Assembly (NCBI GenBank): GCA_965202665.1
Contig: OZ241841.1
Coordinates: 2,688,001-2,752,000, forward strand
Reading direction: 5' to 3'
Origin: Candidatus Spongiisociaceae bacterium
GTDB lineage: Bacteria > Actinomycetota > Acidimicrobiia > Spongiisociales > Spongiisociaceae
DNA length: 64,000 nucleotides
This document shows positions 44,871 to 54,853 of the stretch, one piece after another (positions within the stretch are counted from its first letter, which is position 1; every line of letters begins with the position of its first letter). The translations under genes and the position numbers were made by a program. A model generated the notes under the pieces. That model was not told the origin of the DNA, did no database searches, and saw only the letters and a list, made by a program, of their open reading frames with translations.

Positions 44871-47800
44871 TTAGCCGACCAGGTTGCCGAAGCGATGCAA
44901 GGTGCGGCTAACCGTCTGCTCTTTTAGGTAGTAGGCCAACTCCACCCGCCCGCTGGGGGTTACCGGCGCCTCGATTATGTGCACGTTCCCCTCCCGGCAG
45001 GCCCGTCGCAACTCCCCCTCCGGCTCCTCCCCCACCATCCGCACCCGTTCCGCCCCCAACCGGCCCACCCGGGCCGCAAACACCGACTGGCTTTCCTCCG
45101 ACGCCCGGGAAACCGCGGTCGGCGTTCCGCACCGGCGGGCGGCGGCCAAAGTCCGTTCTATCTCTTCTTCCCGGCCCCCCTCCCCCACCCGCACCGCCGC
45201 CCCGTCCAACGGCCGGTAACGGAAAACGTTGGACTCGCAGAACAGTCCGGACGGGTCGTGTTCCCGGCTGAAATGCTCCTCCCACCAGCGGGCGTCGGAA
45301 GCGGGGGCCGCCTCCCATCCCGCGCTCCCGTCCGGACGCCACTCCCCCAGCTGGCGCACGTAGTTGGGCCCCCCCGCTTTGGCCCCCGGCCCCACATTGG
45401 AGAGTTTCCATCCCCCGAACGGCTGACGTTGCACGATGGCCCCGGTGATGCCCCGGTTCACGTAGGCGTTGCCCACCTGCGCCCTTTCCAGCCAAAAATC
45501 CGCTTCCTCCGGATCCAAAGTGTGGATTCCGCCGGTCAGTCCGTAGGAGACCGAATTCTGTATTTCCAAGGCGGCCTCCAAGTTCGGGGCGTACATCACC
45601 CCCAGCGCCGGGCCGAAGCATTCCGTCAGGTGAAACCAGGAACCGGGGGCCACCCCCCAGCGAATCCCCGGCCGCCACAGCGACCCTTCGTCGTCGAGGC
45701 GTTGCGGGGCGACCAGCCATTCCTCCCCCGGCTCCAGCCGGGTCATAGCCTTTTCCAGTTTTCCCCCCACCGGGGCTATGACCGGGCCCATCACGGTGGC
45801 CGCCTCGGCGGCGGGCCCCACCGCCAAACTCAAGGCCGCGTCCCGCAGTTGGCGGCGGAACCGCTCCGACCGGTAAACGCCGCCCACGCACACCGCCAAC
45901 GAAGCGGCGGAGCATTTCTGCCCGGAATGGCCGAAGGCGGAATCCACCAGGTCGGCCACCGCTTGATCAAGGTCGGCGTGTTCAGTGACGACCATGCAGT
46001 TTTTACCGGAGGTTTCGGCGAACAGCCGCAATTCGGGCCGCCAGGAGGCGAACAGGCGGGCGGTTTCCTCCGAACCGGTCAGAATCAACCCGTCCGACTC
46101 CTCCACCAGGCGACGGGAGGCCCGCTCCCCCTCCTCCCCCCGGGGCAGGGTCAGGAAAGCCAAGGCGTCCCGGGGGACCCCCGCCTCCCAGGCGCATTCG
46201 GCCATAATCTCCGCGCAACGCCGGGTGCGGCGGGACGGTTTCAGCAGCACCCGCGCCCCGGCCGCCAAAGCGGCGGTGGTTCCGCCGGCGGGGATGGCCG
46301 CCGGGAAGTTCCAGGGAGGGACCACCGTTATCACCTCCAGCGGCTCAAAAGCCGCCCCGTCCTCCGGCCCCAGCTCCAGGGCGCGGTCCCCGTAGTAGCG
46401 GGCGAAGTCGATCGCCTCCGAAACCTCCGGGTCGGCTTCGGCGAAGGTTTTGCGTCCTTCGCCCACCATGGCCGAAATCAGGTCGCCCCGCCGCCGGGCC
46501 AGCAGGTCGGCCATCTCATGGAGGGTTTCCCGGCGGCGGGCGGGCGGCGTCCTCCCCCAGGAAGAGCGCCGGGCGGCGGCGGCGATGGCCCCCAGCTCCT
46601 CCGCCGACCCCACCGCCGGGGTGCGCACCGCCCCGCCGTCCCGGGTTCTGACCCTGTCCGCCCACTCCCGGTTGCCGGCCAAGGCGGGATCGGTGTCCGG
46701 TTCGTTTACGAAGGCGTCCCGGTTGCGGGCCTCGGCGGCCGGGGCGGGCCTTTCCCGCCAACGGCGGGGAGCTTCGGAAACCGCCTCCCGGTCCCGCACC
46801 GCCGCCCGGAAGGCTTCCGCCTGCCGGTGAAACTCCGCCGTGTCCGGGGCGATGTTGAACAAGGCCCGCAGGAAGTTCCCTTCCGTCGAGTTTTCCTCCA
46901 ACCGCCGGAACAGATAGCTGATGGCCGTGTCGAAAGTTTCCCGGGCCACCACCGGCGTGTAGAGGAGCACCCCGCCCGACGCGGTCTCTTTCACCACCCG
47001 GGACAAAGCCGGGGCCATGCCCTGCAACATCTCAAAGTCCACCCGGTCGGCCACCCCCCGTTCCCGGCTCAGCAGATGCGCCCAGGCCAGGTCGAAGAGG
47101 TTGTGGCTGCCTATTCCGATCCGCACCGCCCGCGTCCGCTCCGGACGCAATGCGTAGTCCACCAGCCGTTTGTAGTTGGCGTCCACCTCCGGTTTGGACG
47201 GATAGGGCGCCTGCTCCCATCCCCGCATTGCCGCCTCCACCCGTTCCATGGCCAGATTGGCCCCTTTCACCAGCCGGATCTTGATTTCCGCTCCCCCCGC
47301 TTCCCGCCGCCGCACGGCCCATTCGGTGAGCTCCCGCAGGGCGGCGGACGAGTCGGGCAGGTAGGCCTGCAACACGATGCCGGCGGTCGTACCCAGAAAC
47401 TCCGGTTCGTCCAGCAACTCTTTGAAGGCGGAAATGGTCAACTCCAGGTCGTGGTATTCCTCCATGTCCAGGTTGATGAAGGCGGGCGGACGGGAGGCGG
47501 CGGCCCGGCGGAGCAACAGGCGCATGCTCCCCAGTACGCGGGCCCGGCTTCCCTCCCAGTCCCAGTAGTTGAGCTGGGAGACCACCGCCGACGCCTTGAC
47601 CGAAACGTAATCAACCTGCGGGAGGCCGATGAGCCGGACGGTTTCCTCCAAGCGCCGGTCCGCCTCCTCCTCTCCCAGCACCGCCTCCCCCAGCAGGTTG
47701 ATGTTGCGGGCGAACCCGGCCTGGCCCGGAGCCGCCAAAGCCCGGCGCAGGGCGGCCGGTTCGGCCTCCGCCAGCAGATGCCCCACCAGCCTCCGCATCC

Positions 47801-48125
47801 GCCTCCGGGCCAACGGCATCACCGCCCAGGGAGCCAAAGGCGCCAGACGGGCCCCGACCGCCAGCAAAGCCCGATCCGCAACCGACAGGAAAGCCGGGGC
47901 GCCGCGCCGGACGACCAGGGAACGCAGTTGGCGGGCGGCGACGCGATTACGTTCCGGGCGGATGACCCGATCCACGAACCCCATTGTGAAAGCCGTCCCC
48001 TCCGCGTCGGACAGCAACCGGCGCAACCGGCCGGCCGCCGCCCGGTCCCGGCGGTTCCCTCCTGCGGCTGCCAGCCATTCCCCAACCAGGCCGACAGCCT
48101 CTTCGGTCAGGCTCTGGTCCGCCAT
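44871..48125 (-). CDS. putA: Bifunctional proline dehydrogenase / P5C dehydrogenase
   Basis: N.NLLGE, DMEEY, RLVKGAN, RRLEEN (PRODH); PWNFP, ETSGKN, SGQKCSA, QPFGG (ALDH). Confidence 0.95.
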   Translation of the reverse strand: MADQSLTEEAVGLVGEWLAAAGGNRRDRAAAGRLRRLLSDAEGTAFTMGFVDRVIRPERNRVAARQLRSLVVRRGAPAFLSVADRALLAVGARLAPLAPWAVMPLARRRMRRLVGHLLAEAEPAALRRALAAPGQAGFARNINLLGEAVLGEEEADRRLEETVRLIGLPQVDYVSVKASAVVSQLNYWDWEGSRARVLGSMRLLLRRAAASRPPAFINLDMEEYHDLELTISAFKELLDEPEFLGTTAGIVLQAYLPDSSAALRELTEWAVRRREAGGAEIKIRLVKGANLAMERVEAAMRGWEQAPYPSKPEVDANYKRLVDYALRPERTRAVRIGIGSHNLFDLAWAHLLSRERGVADRVDFEMLQGMAPALSRVVKETASGGVLLYTPVVARETFDTAISYLFRRLEENSTEGNFLRALFNIAPDTAEFHRQAEAFRAAVRDREAVSEAPRRWRERPAPAAEARNRDAFVNEPDTDPALAGNREWADRVRTRDGGAVRTPAVGSAEELGAIAAAARRSSWGRTPPARRRETLHEMADLLARRRGDLISAMVGEGRKTFAEADPEVSEAIDFARYYGDRALELGPEDGAAFEPLEVITVVPPWNFPAAIPAGGTTAALAAGARVLLKPSRRTRRCAEIMAECAWEAGVPRDALAFLTLPRGEEGERASRRLVEESDGLILTGSEETARLFASWRPELRLFAETSGKNCMVVTEHADLDQAVADLVDSAFGHSGQKCSAASLAVCVGGVYRSERFRRQLRDAALSLAVGPAAEAATVMGPVIAPVGGKLEKAMTRLEPGEEWLVAPQRLDDEGSLWRPGIRWGVAPGSWFHLTECFGPALGVMYAPNLEAALEIQNSVSYGLTGGIHTLDPEEADFWLERAQVGNAYVNRGITGAIVQRQPFGGWKLSNVGPGAKAGGPNYVRQLGEWRPDGSAGWEAAPASDARWWEEHFSREHDPSGLFCESNVFRYRPLDGAAVRVGEGGREEEIERTLAAARRCGTPTAVSRASEESQSVFAARVGRLGAERVRMVGEEPEGELRRACREGNVHIIEAPVTPSGRVELAYYLKEQTVSRTLHRFGNLVG

Positions 48126-48126
48126 C

Positions 48127-48555
48127 TCATATTCCCACCTCGACCGACTCCACCGGGATGGACTCGGTTTCCAGAAATTCCAGAAATCGGTTGTAGGCCT
48201 CCGAGCGCATGCCGCCCAATCCCCGCTGGGTTCCGATCACCACCAGAACCGGCTGGGCCTTCCGGGCGGAGTCGATCAACTCCTCCCCCACATCCCCTTC
48301 CCGCATCTCCACCGTTACCGGAATGTCCCCCGTTTCGGTGTCTTTGGCGGCCAACCCCACCATGGTGCGGATCAGCAAGCGGGTTTCGTCTTTGATGGCG
48401 TGCTTGAAGGCGGGGGAGGCTTCCTCGTAGGTGCGCCCGTTGAGAACATGCACCACCCGCAACTCCGCGTCGTGTTCTATGGCCCGCCACAACGATACGG
48501 CGTGCAACAGCCGGGAGTCGATGCGGGCCCCGGTGGCCACCATCACCGTTTTCAA
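48127..48555 (-). CDS. Universal stress protein-like
   Basis: V.V.T…AEL.VVHV…GDV.EELI..A…LVVIG USP pattern; TTG overlaps the antiporter stop. Confidence 0.75.
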   Translation of the reverse strand: MKTVMVATGARIDSRLLHAVSLWRAIEHDAELRVVHVLNGRTYEEASPAFKHAIKDETRLLIRTMVGLAAKDTETGDIPVTVEMREGDVGEELIDSARKAQPVLVVIGTQRGLGGMRSEAYNRFLEFLETESIPVESVEVGI

Positions 48556-50213
48556 CTTTCCGCCTCCTCGTCTTCGGCGCGCCGCCCGGCCTCCTCCGCC
48601 GCTTGTTTGTGCTGATCCCGGATGCGGTTGCCGATGTATTCCAAGGCGGCCAGCCTCTCCGATATTTCAATCACCAGCTCCTGGGCGACTTCTTCGCTGA
48701 CCAGCCCCCGCAACACGGCGTCCGCCATCTCGGAACGTCCGGCCCGCAACATGTCTTCCCGGGCTTTGAGCAGGGTGTCTATCTCCAGCCGGGGATTTTC
48801 GTGAAAATGCAACATCATGGAACGACGGTCTTCGGTCAGCTCCTCGTCGTACAGGCTGTCCATCACCTCCCAGGTTTCGGGGGTGATGACCTCTTCGCCG
48901 CTCAGTTTCTGCAGTTCCATGCGTCCCGCCCGGGCGGCCAGGAAGCGGCCTTGGAAGCGCATGTAGTCGATCAACACCGGGGAGGTGCCGGGTATTTTCG
49001 CCCAGTCGATGGCCCGTTTGATGGTGGTGCCCTGCACCAGCAAGGTGAACAGCACCGCTCCGAAGGTCATCGACATCAGAATTTCCGTGTCGTAGGCGGA
49101 GAAGTAAAACGGCAAAGACAGGGCCAAAGCCAGATTGACCGCCCCTTTCAGCCCCCCCCAATAAAGTATGTGCTGGAAGGACAGCGGCACCTTGTTGACG
49201 GCCGGAAGCAGGTTGTTGACGCCCATCATCCCGTATACGATCAACATCCGCACCACGATCAGGCTCATAACCGCCACCAAGATCTGGGGTATGTGGCTGA
49301 GCATCAAGCTGATGTCCATTCGCACCCCCATCAGCAGGAAGACGAAGGCGTTGATCACGTAAGCGGACATCTCCCAGAAGTTCTCCAGCGCGTAACGGGT
49401 GGTGGGGGAAGTGTTTTTTCGGCCCAGGTTGCCCACGATCAGCCCCGCCATGATCACCGAGGAAATCCCGTCCAAGCCCAGGTTGGTGGCCGCTATGTAG
49501 GAACCGAGGGCCAAAGCCAGGGTAATGATGGTTTCCAGCAGGTAGTTGTCCAGGAATTTGAGGACCAGGGTCACCGTCAGGTAGCCCAGTACCGCCCCCA
49601 CCGCCAAACCGCCGATGAACACCACCAGAAACCGACCCACCGTGTTGGAGAAGGTGAGGCTGGCGGACCCCGCCACCGTCAGGCTGAACAGGACGATGCC
49701 GGTCCCGTTGTTGAACAGGCTTTCCCCCTCCACCAGGGTGGACAGCCGCTTGTTGACTCCCAGTTCCCGGAAGCGGTCTATCACCGACACCGGGTCGGTG
49801 GAGGCGATTAGGGCCCCGAAGGCCAGGGCGGCTTGCCAGGGGATGTCCACGAAGGCCCGCACCAGCACCCCCACCAGGAAGGTGGTGAGGATGGTCCCCC
49901 CCACCGACAGGGAGAGAATTCTCCCCAGGTCCACCCGCAACCGTTGCCAGGGAAGATGCATGGTGGCTTGAAAAACCAGCGGGGGGATGAGCACGCCCAG
50001 AATGAAGCCCTCCGACACCTCCACGTTGAGGACGGTGATGAAGGACAGTCCCAGCCCCACCAGCACCAAGGCGACGGTGTAGGCGATTTTCAGGTAGCGG
50101 GCCAAAAGGGCCACCAAGGTGGCGATGCACAGCAGGACCGCCAGCAAAGTTTCCGCCGCCAGAACGGTGTCGGCCTCAACCATGGCCTGCGCTGGACCTA
50201 AGTGAAACATCAT
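48552..50213 (-). CDS. CPA1 Na+/H+ antiporter (NhaP-like)
   Basis: PPL.F, TDPVSV, EGESLFN and WGGLKG; about 12 TMs plus a cytoplasmic tail; start uncertain (50213 or 50183). Confidence 0.92.
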   Translation of the reverse strand: MMFHLGPAQAMVEADTVLAAETLLAVLLCIATLVALLARYLKIAYTVALVLVGLGLSFITVLNVEVSEGFILGVLIPPLVFQATMHLPWQRLRVDLGRILSLSVGGTILTTFLVGVLVRAFVDIPWQAALAFGALIASTDPVSVIDRFRELGVNKRLSTLVEGESLFNNGTGIVLFSLTVAGSASLTFSNTVGRFLVVFIGGLAVGAVLGYLTVTLVLKFLDNYLLETIITLALALGSYIAATNLGLDGISSVIMAGLIVGNLGRKNTSPTTRYALENFWEMSAYVINAFVFLLMGVRMDISLMLSHIPQILVAVMSLIVVRMLIVYGMMGVNNLLPAVNKVPLSFQHILYWGGLKGAVNLALALSLPFYFSAYDTEILMSMTFGAVLFTLLVQGTTIKRAIDWAKIPGTSPVLIDYMRFQGRFLAARAGRMELQKLSGEEVITPETWEVMDSLYDEELTEDRRSMMLHFHENPRLEIDTLLKAREDMLRAGRSEMADAVLRGLVSEEVAQELVIEISERLAALEYIGNRIRDQHKQAAEEAGRRAEDEEAES

Positions 50214-50405
50214 CCGTAAAGATACCAACCTCCCGGCGGCGGCGCGAACATTCCCGGGGTTGCCGATTTCCCAGGTCGGGGGCGGGGATGGTTGTATTCT
50301 GGGAGGGTCCGCGATCCGGGAGTTGGAATGAACGAGGCGTCGCAGGTTATTTACGTTAATGGGGCCAAACACGATGTTGCCTGGACCTGGATACAGGACG
50401 TTGGG

Positions 50406-50963
50406 ATGAACGAGGCGACGGTGGTGATTTTCGCCGGCTTGTTAGCCGCTTTGGCGTCGGTGGCCGCTTGGAAGGAGTCGGGCGGAGGCGCGCCCGCCGG
50501 GTTGCGGTGGAGCCCGACCGAGAGCTGGGTTACCACCAGCGCCGTTATCTTGGCCTGGGTGATGACCGCCTACGCGGACCCGGCGACCGGGGGTGATTCC
50601 CTGTCGGGCGGGCTTATCGGCGACAACGATCTGGACGGCTTTTTCGATCCGGGGACCTCCCGCGCTCCGCTGGTGTTCGGCTTGATTTTGGTGTTGTCCC
50701 CGCTTATACACCGGGGCCTGTCCGGCGGCGGCCGCTCCACCCGCCTGGGTTTCGGGATAACGGCCGGGGTGGTGGCATGGGCGGCTTTCAGCGTGATCAT
50801 CATCAGTTCTTTTCGCATCGCCGGCCTAGTGGACGGCTACCCCCTGCTCCCCCGCCTGCTGCTGCTGGCCGCGCTGACCGCTGCCGTGCTGGGCGTCTTC
50901 ATCAACACCGCCCGCTCCCTAGCCGCCGTCGCCTCCCCCGACGCCCCCTGGACGCTCCCATGA
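50406..50963 (+). CDS. Hypothetical multi-TM membrane protein
   Basis: About five hydrophobic segments; host-like codon usage. Confidence 0.7.
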   Translation: MNEATVVIFAGLLAALASVAAWKESGGGAPAGLRWSPTESWVTTSAVILAWVMTAYADPATGGDSLSGGLIGDNDLDGFFDPGTSRAPLVFGLILVLSPLIHRGLSGGGRSTRLGFGITAGVVAWAAFSVIIISSFRIAGLVDGYPLLPRLLLLAALTAAVLGVFINTARSLAAVASPDAPWTLP

Positions 50964-51030
50964 CCATCGGTATTTTCACCGATATGCACGCCCGTCGCTA
51001 CGCGGAAATGTACGGGCGGGAGGACGGAGA

Positions 51031-51300
51031 TTAGAAGGGATTGGGGCCGGAGCCGAGGACGGTCATTTCCCGGCGGGGGGAGGTGCGGGCCCCTGGAATG
51101 AGCAACACCGGCGCCCGGAACAAGTCGGGGGCCTCCAGATCCACCGGCATCGTCTTGCCGTCCAAGGCCCCTCCCGCTCCCACTAACAGGGTTCCGCCCC
51201 AAGAATGACCGGGATGGTCGATCGGCCCCAGCGAAGCCTCCGCCACATCCAGAGTGTTCTGGTTGGAGTCGATCACTTTTACGTAACCCTGGTATGCCAT
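51031..51300 (-). CDS. Small protein, DUF4873-like
   Basis: Y.G…W.G.L…G.G..PF layout resembles DUF4873. Confidence 0.55.
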   Translation of the reverse strand: MAYQGYVKVIDSNQNTLDVAEASLGPIDHPGHSWGGTLLVGAGGALDGKTMPVDLEAPDLFRAPVLLIPGARTSPRREMTVLGSGPNPF

Positions 51301-51335
51301 TGTCCGTTTATGGTAGCCGCCGCAGGCGGGATATT

Positions 51336-51983
51336 ATGAAAATTCGGATGAAGCCCGACCGCGCTCCCGTTTCCGTCAACCGCAACAGCCGGGACTGGAA
51401 CCTCCTATATCAGGACGACGGCGACCCGGCCCCCTTCGATCGGCAATGGCTGGCCCGCGTAGAAGGGCTTCCGCCGGGACGGGCCTTGGATCTGGGATGC
51501 GGGGCGGGCGGCAACGCCATCGGCCTAGCTGAAATGGGATGGGAGGTCACCGCCTTGGACATGGCGGCCAACGCCATCGCCTCCGCCCGCCGCGCGGCCG
51601 TAGGGGCGGGGGCGGAGGTGGATTTCCGGGTGGCCGATATGAGCGTGTGGGAGACGGAGGCGGCCTACGACCTGACGCTCATCTCCTACGCCCTCCCCTC
51701 CCGGGGCCCGGTTCGTGACAAAGCCCTGTCCACGGCCCGCGACTCGTTGGCCCCCGGCGGGAGGTTGATGATCGCCGAATGGGATGTCCGATACGCCTGG
51801 TGGGGTTCCCCCGATGATTACGCCACCCGCCGGGAACTGGAAGAAGCCTTGGCCGGACTGCAAGCCGCGGAAGTAGCCGCCGTTTCGGTAACGCGGGAGT
51901 TCAGCCCCGCCCACCGCCTCCCGGGCGCCCGCCGTCCCGGGCGGCGTCGGGCCTGGCACGCCGCCGCCCGCCGGTCCGGTTGA
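51336..51983 (+). CDS. Class I SAM-dependent methyltransferase (TehB-like)
   Basis: W...Y, ALDLGCGAG.NA..LA..GW.VT..D, YDL, LAPGG. Confidence 0.88.
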   Translation: MKIRMKPDRAPVSVNRNSRDWNLLYQDDGDPAPFDRQWLARVEGLPPGRALDLGCGAGGNAIGLAEMGWEVTALDMAANAIASARRAAVGAGAEVDFRVADMSVWETEAAYDLTLISYALPSRGPVRDKALSTARDSLAPGGRLMIAEWDVRYAWWGSPDDYATRRELEEALAGLQAAEVAAVSVTREFSPAHRLPGARRPGRRRAWHAAARRSG

Positions 51984-51994
51984 GCGGAGCGGAT

Positions 51995-52840
51995 TCAGCC
52001 GGGAATAAATTGCCGGTATTCGTCTAGGAGGGGGATTACCACTTCGGCCGGGGCGGGCGGCAACCACACCCCCATGCGGTTGATTCCCATCTCCTCCCAT
52101 TCCCCCCACCGTTCCGGGTCCGGTTTGCCGCCGAAGACCATGATGTCGAAGGCGGACGGATCCCGGCCCGCCGCCCGCAAAACCTCGCGGAGGGACTCCA
52201 CCTGTCCGCCCAGTTTGCGGCCGGGGAAAGGCAGCCAACCGTCGCAGAAGTCGGCCATGGCCGCGAAAGTTTTGGGCCCGGCCGAGCCGCCCATGTATAT
52301 GGGGGGATGGGGTTGCTGCACCGGTTTGGGCCACGCCCAGCTCGGCTCCAAGGTCAGCATCTCCCCCTGATAGGAGGCCTCTTCTTGCGTCCATAGGGCT
52401 TTCATCAAACTGATCTGCTCGGCTACCAGCGCCCGGCGGTCGCCGTAGGCCACTCCGTGTTGGGCCATTTCCTCCTTGTTCCAGCCGTATCCAATTCCGA
52501 ACTGGAAGCGGCCGCCGGAGATCACATCCAAGGTGGCGACTTCTTTGGCCAGCCAAATCGGGTCCCGCTGGGCCGCCAGGGTGATGCCGGTGCCCAAAAT
52601 CAGATTGTCGGTCACCGCCGCCGCCGCCCCCAGCGCCACGAACGAATCGAGGGTGCGCCAATACTCTTCGGGGAGCGGAGGGGCCCCGGCGCGTCCCCCC
52701 CATGGGCTGAGGCGGGAGGCGGGGATGTGGCTGTGTTCGGGAACCCACAGGGCCTCAAATCCCCTGCTTTCCAGTTCCTCCGCCAGCCGGGTGGGCTCGA
52801 TGCCCTGATCGGTCAAAAAAATACAGGCGCCGATTTTCAT
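51995..52840 (-). CDS. LLM-class (F420-dependent) oxidoreductase, Rv2161c-like
   Basis: PEH.HIP, RDPI..AK.VATLD..S.GR, G.GWN.EE, W.WPKP.Q.P.PP. Confidence 0.92.
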   Translation of the reverse strand: MKIGACIFLTDQGIEPTRLAEELESRGFEALWVPEHSHIPASRLSPWGGRAGAPPLPEEYWRTLDSFVALGAAAAVTDNLILGTGITLAAQRDPIWLAKEVATLDVISGGRFQFGIGYGWNKEEMAQHGVAYGDRRALVAEQISLMKALWTQEEASYQGEMLTLEPSWAWPKPVQQPHPPIYMGGSAGPKTFAAMADFCDGWLPFPGRKLGGQVESLREVLRAAGRDPSAFDIMVFGGKPDPERWGEWEEMGINRMGVWLPPAPAEVVIPLLDEYRQFIPG

Positions 52841-52880
52841 TTTTCTCCTTTGCGGCTCGGGACGGCCCTATCTTACCCCG

Positions 52881-53029
52881 GTTCCTGTTTTGCCGTTCTG
52901 CTAGGGATGATACGGTTTAATTTTGATATGGCGGATGTCGTGTTTGGAGAACAGGGAAGCGAACGCTCGGCTACGGGCGTATCTCCGGTGGCTGTCGGTC
53001 ATGATCTCCATAATGTGTGGGTGATGCCT
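52881..53029 (-). pseudogene. Degenerate IS481 transposase fragment
   Basis: Diverged copy of about 35319-35465 (TTTGCCGTTCTGCT.GGGATGATACGGT…CAGGGAAGCGAACGCTCGGCT…GTCGGTCATGATCTCC). Confidence 0.85.
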
Positions 53030-53629
53030 GCTGGCAACACTTCAAACGATGCGTCCAACGTCACCGCCTGCAAATCCCGGGCCTCGTCCGGGGCGCCGGA
53101 GCCGTCCACCGGAACCCGCCAACCAGTCAGCCCGGCCAAACTGTCAATCATCGTTTCCGTCCCTTCTGACGAAGACCGACCATTATCCTGTTACCCGCCA
53201 AACCCGGCGATGCCATCAAAAACGGGGTATGCGATAGTTGATAAGTATGAATAACCAGCCAACGCTCACCGTCCACCAGCAGGTCGTGAAGTTCCTTGAC
53301 CAGGTGCAACGGAACAGCAACCCAGCTCCTCCGCCGCCTCCGACACCGTCCGTCCCCGGCCTACCTACTGCGTCGCCCACCTAGCCGCCCGAGAAGTCAA
53401 CCGGGTCCGCATTGGGGCTATCCGCGGGTCCTGCTCCGTAAACGACCCCACCCCGCATCCTGCATCAGGATAACGCCACCGGCGTTTGGGCCCGCATCCC
53501 CAACCCCAAGTGAACGGACCATTCGTAGTCGGACGCTCTATACTCACTATCGTCTAACCGACTGGGAGTTCATTCCTCGCATTACGATAAGATTGTCGCC
53601 GGTGAATACGGTGCGGTTTCTGACATTAA

Positions 53630-53932
53630 TCATTTTCGCTTCCTCGCTATACATCTTTCTAGTTGCCATAGCCCATAGAGTAAAGAGGAAATTACAGTGG
53701 TAAACCACACTCGTATTGGAATGGCTAATAGCACAGTATCCACCGGAAAGAGTAAACTGCTTAATAGGGCCATTCCCCCAACGATGATACTAGGAGCATA
53801 CCAAACCTTTGAAAACACAGAGGCGATAATCCCCGGAAGGGTCACATCTGGTGCAGGCAAAGTCAATGTTATATTCCTGGTATGGGTAGGAATTCGTGCC
53901 GTCCCGAATATATCTCGCCTTCTACTAGGCAT
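53630..53932 (-). CDS. Small AT-rich 2-TM hypothetical protein
   Basis: TAATG overlap with the upstream ORF; two hydrophobic helices and a basic C-terminus. Confidence 0.55.
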   Translation of the reverse strand: MPSRRRDIFGTARIPTHTRNITLTLPAPDVTLPGIIASVFSKVWYAPSIIVGGMALLSSLLFPVDTVLLAIPIRVWFTTVISSLLYGLWQLERCIARKRK

Positions 53933-54174
53933 TACTTGCCTACTAACAAATCTTGGAGATTAACCCAATTCACAGCACCTTTATCTGAAAAAGTAAGTAT
54001 CTGGGAAGACTTGCCACCCACAGGACATACTGTCAACTGTACCGGTTCCGGTATATCGCTCTGCATGATCAAAGTCAACAGTCCCTGTGGAGTACTGCTG
54101 TAATCCACGTTAATTTCAAAGTCATAGGATTTCTCTAGTGAAATCCTAACATTGTGAGTATCTGTAGCAATCAT
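53932..54174 (-). CDS. Small AT-rich hypothetical protein (80 aa)
   Basis: SD AAAGGA upstream; downstream of a strong promoter. Confidence 0.55.
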   Translation of the reverse strand: MIATDTHNVRISLEKSYDFEINVDYSSTPQGLLTLIMQSDIPEPVQLTVCPVGGKSSQILTFSDKGAVNWVNLQDLLVGK

Positions 54175-54367
54175 TTATCTCTGTCCTTTCATAGTAGTGG
54201 CTGTCCGGGGTAGACTCACTAAAGGCTAAGTAAAACCCCGTCCCGCCCGCCTAGCCGTTCAACCACCAGTCCGATCCGTCCTCTCATCGTTCCTTTCCCT
54301 TCTGCTCTGCGTGTGTTGCGTTCACCGCCGGTCGGCCGCTTTCTACTGCTCCTTTCTGCTATGCGCC

Positions 54368-54395
54368 ATTATACCATTTGTGATAACGACGTCAA
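54368..54395 (-). promoter_or_regulatory. Near-consensus sigma70 promoter
   Basis: On the minus strand: TTGACG, 16 nt, (TGg)TATAAT. Confidence 0.65.
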
Positions 54396-54554
54396 ATCTG
54401 ACCCGCTGGTTTGCGGTTACGTCTGCCCTACCTACTATACTAGGTTGTTGGAAATAGCACCTGTAAAGGTGAGAACCTGCGATAGTCCACTATCCGTATA
54501 GGGGAAGTGTCGGACAAGTAACCGGAGCAGGACCTGGCCGGATAGGCGTTTAGT

Positions 54555-54829
54555 GGCCTTCGGATTTTAGGGGGGAGTGAGGTTGGGGAGTAGGTTCGGG
54601 TTGGGTTTTCCTGCGTAGAGGAGGATGCGGGTTCGGTAGTTGCGGAAGTTGCGGAATCCGAAGGCTACGCGTTTGACGCGTTTGATGGGGTTGTTGGCTG
54701 ATTCGGTGGGTCCGTTGCTCACTTGGGCGTGATGCCAGGCCACGATCTGGAAATGCCAGGCGGCCAGGGTGCGTCCTAGTTGGTTGATTTCCATAGCAAC
54801 CCCTAACTCCCCCCTCAAACGGAAGAGCT
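54555..54829 (-). mobile_element. Internally deleted ISL3-family element (~275 bp)
   Basis: C-terminal ISL3 transposase remnant (SNGPTES.N..IKRVKR.AFGFRNF.NYR.R.LL) between similar inverted ends GGCCTTCGGATTTTAGGGGGGAGT / AGCTCTTCCGTTTGAGGGGGGAGT. Confidence 0.8.
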
Positions 54830-54853
54830 GTTTATTCCGCCGGAGGGTTCGGC

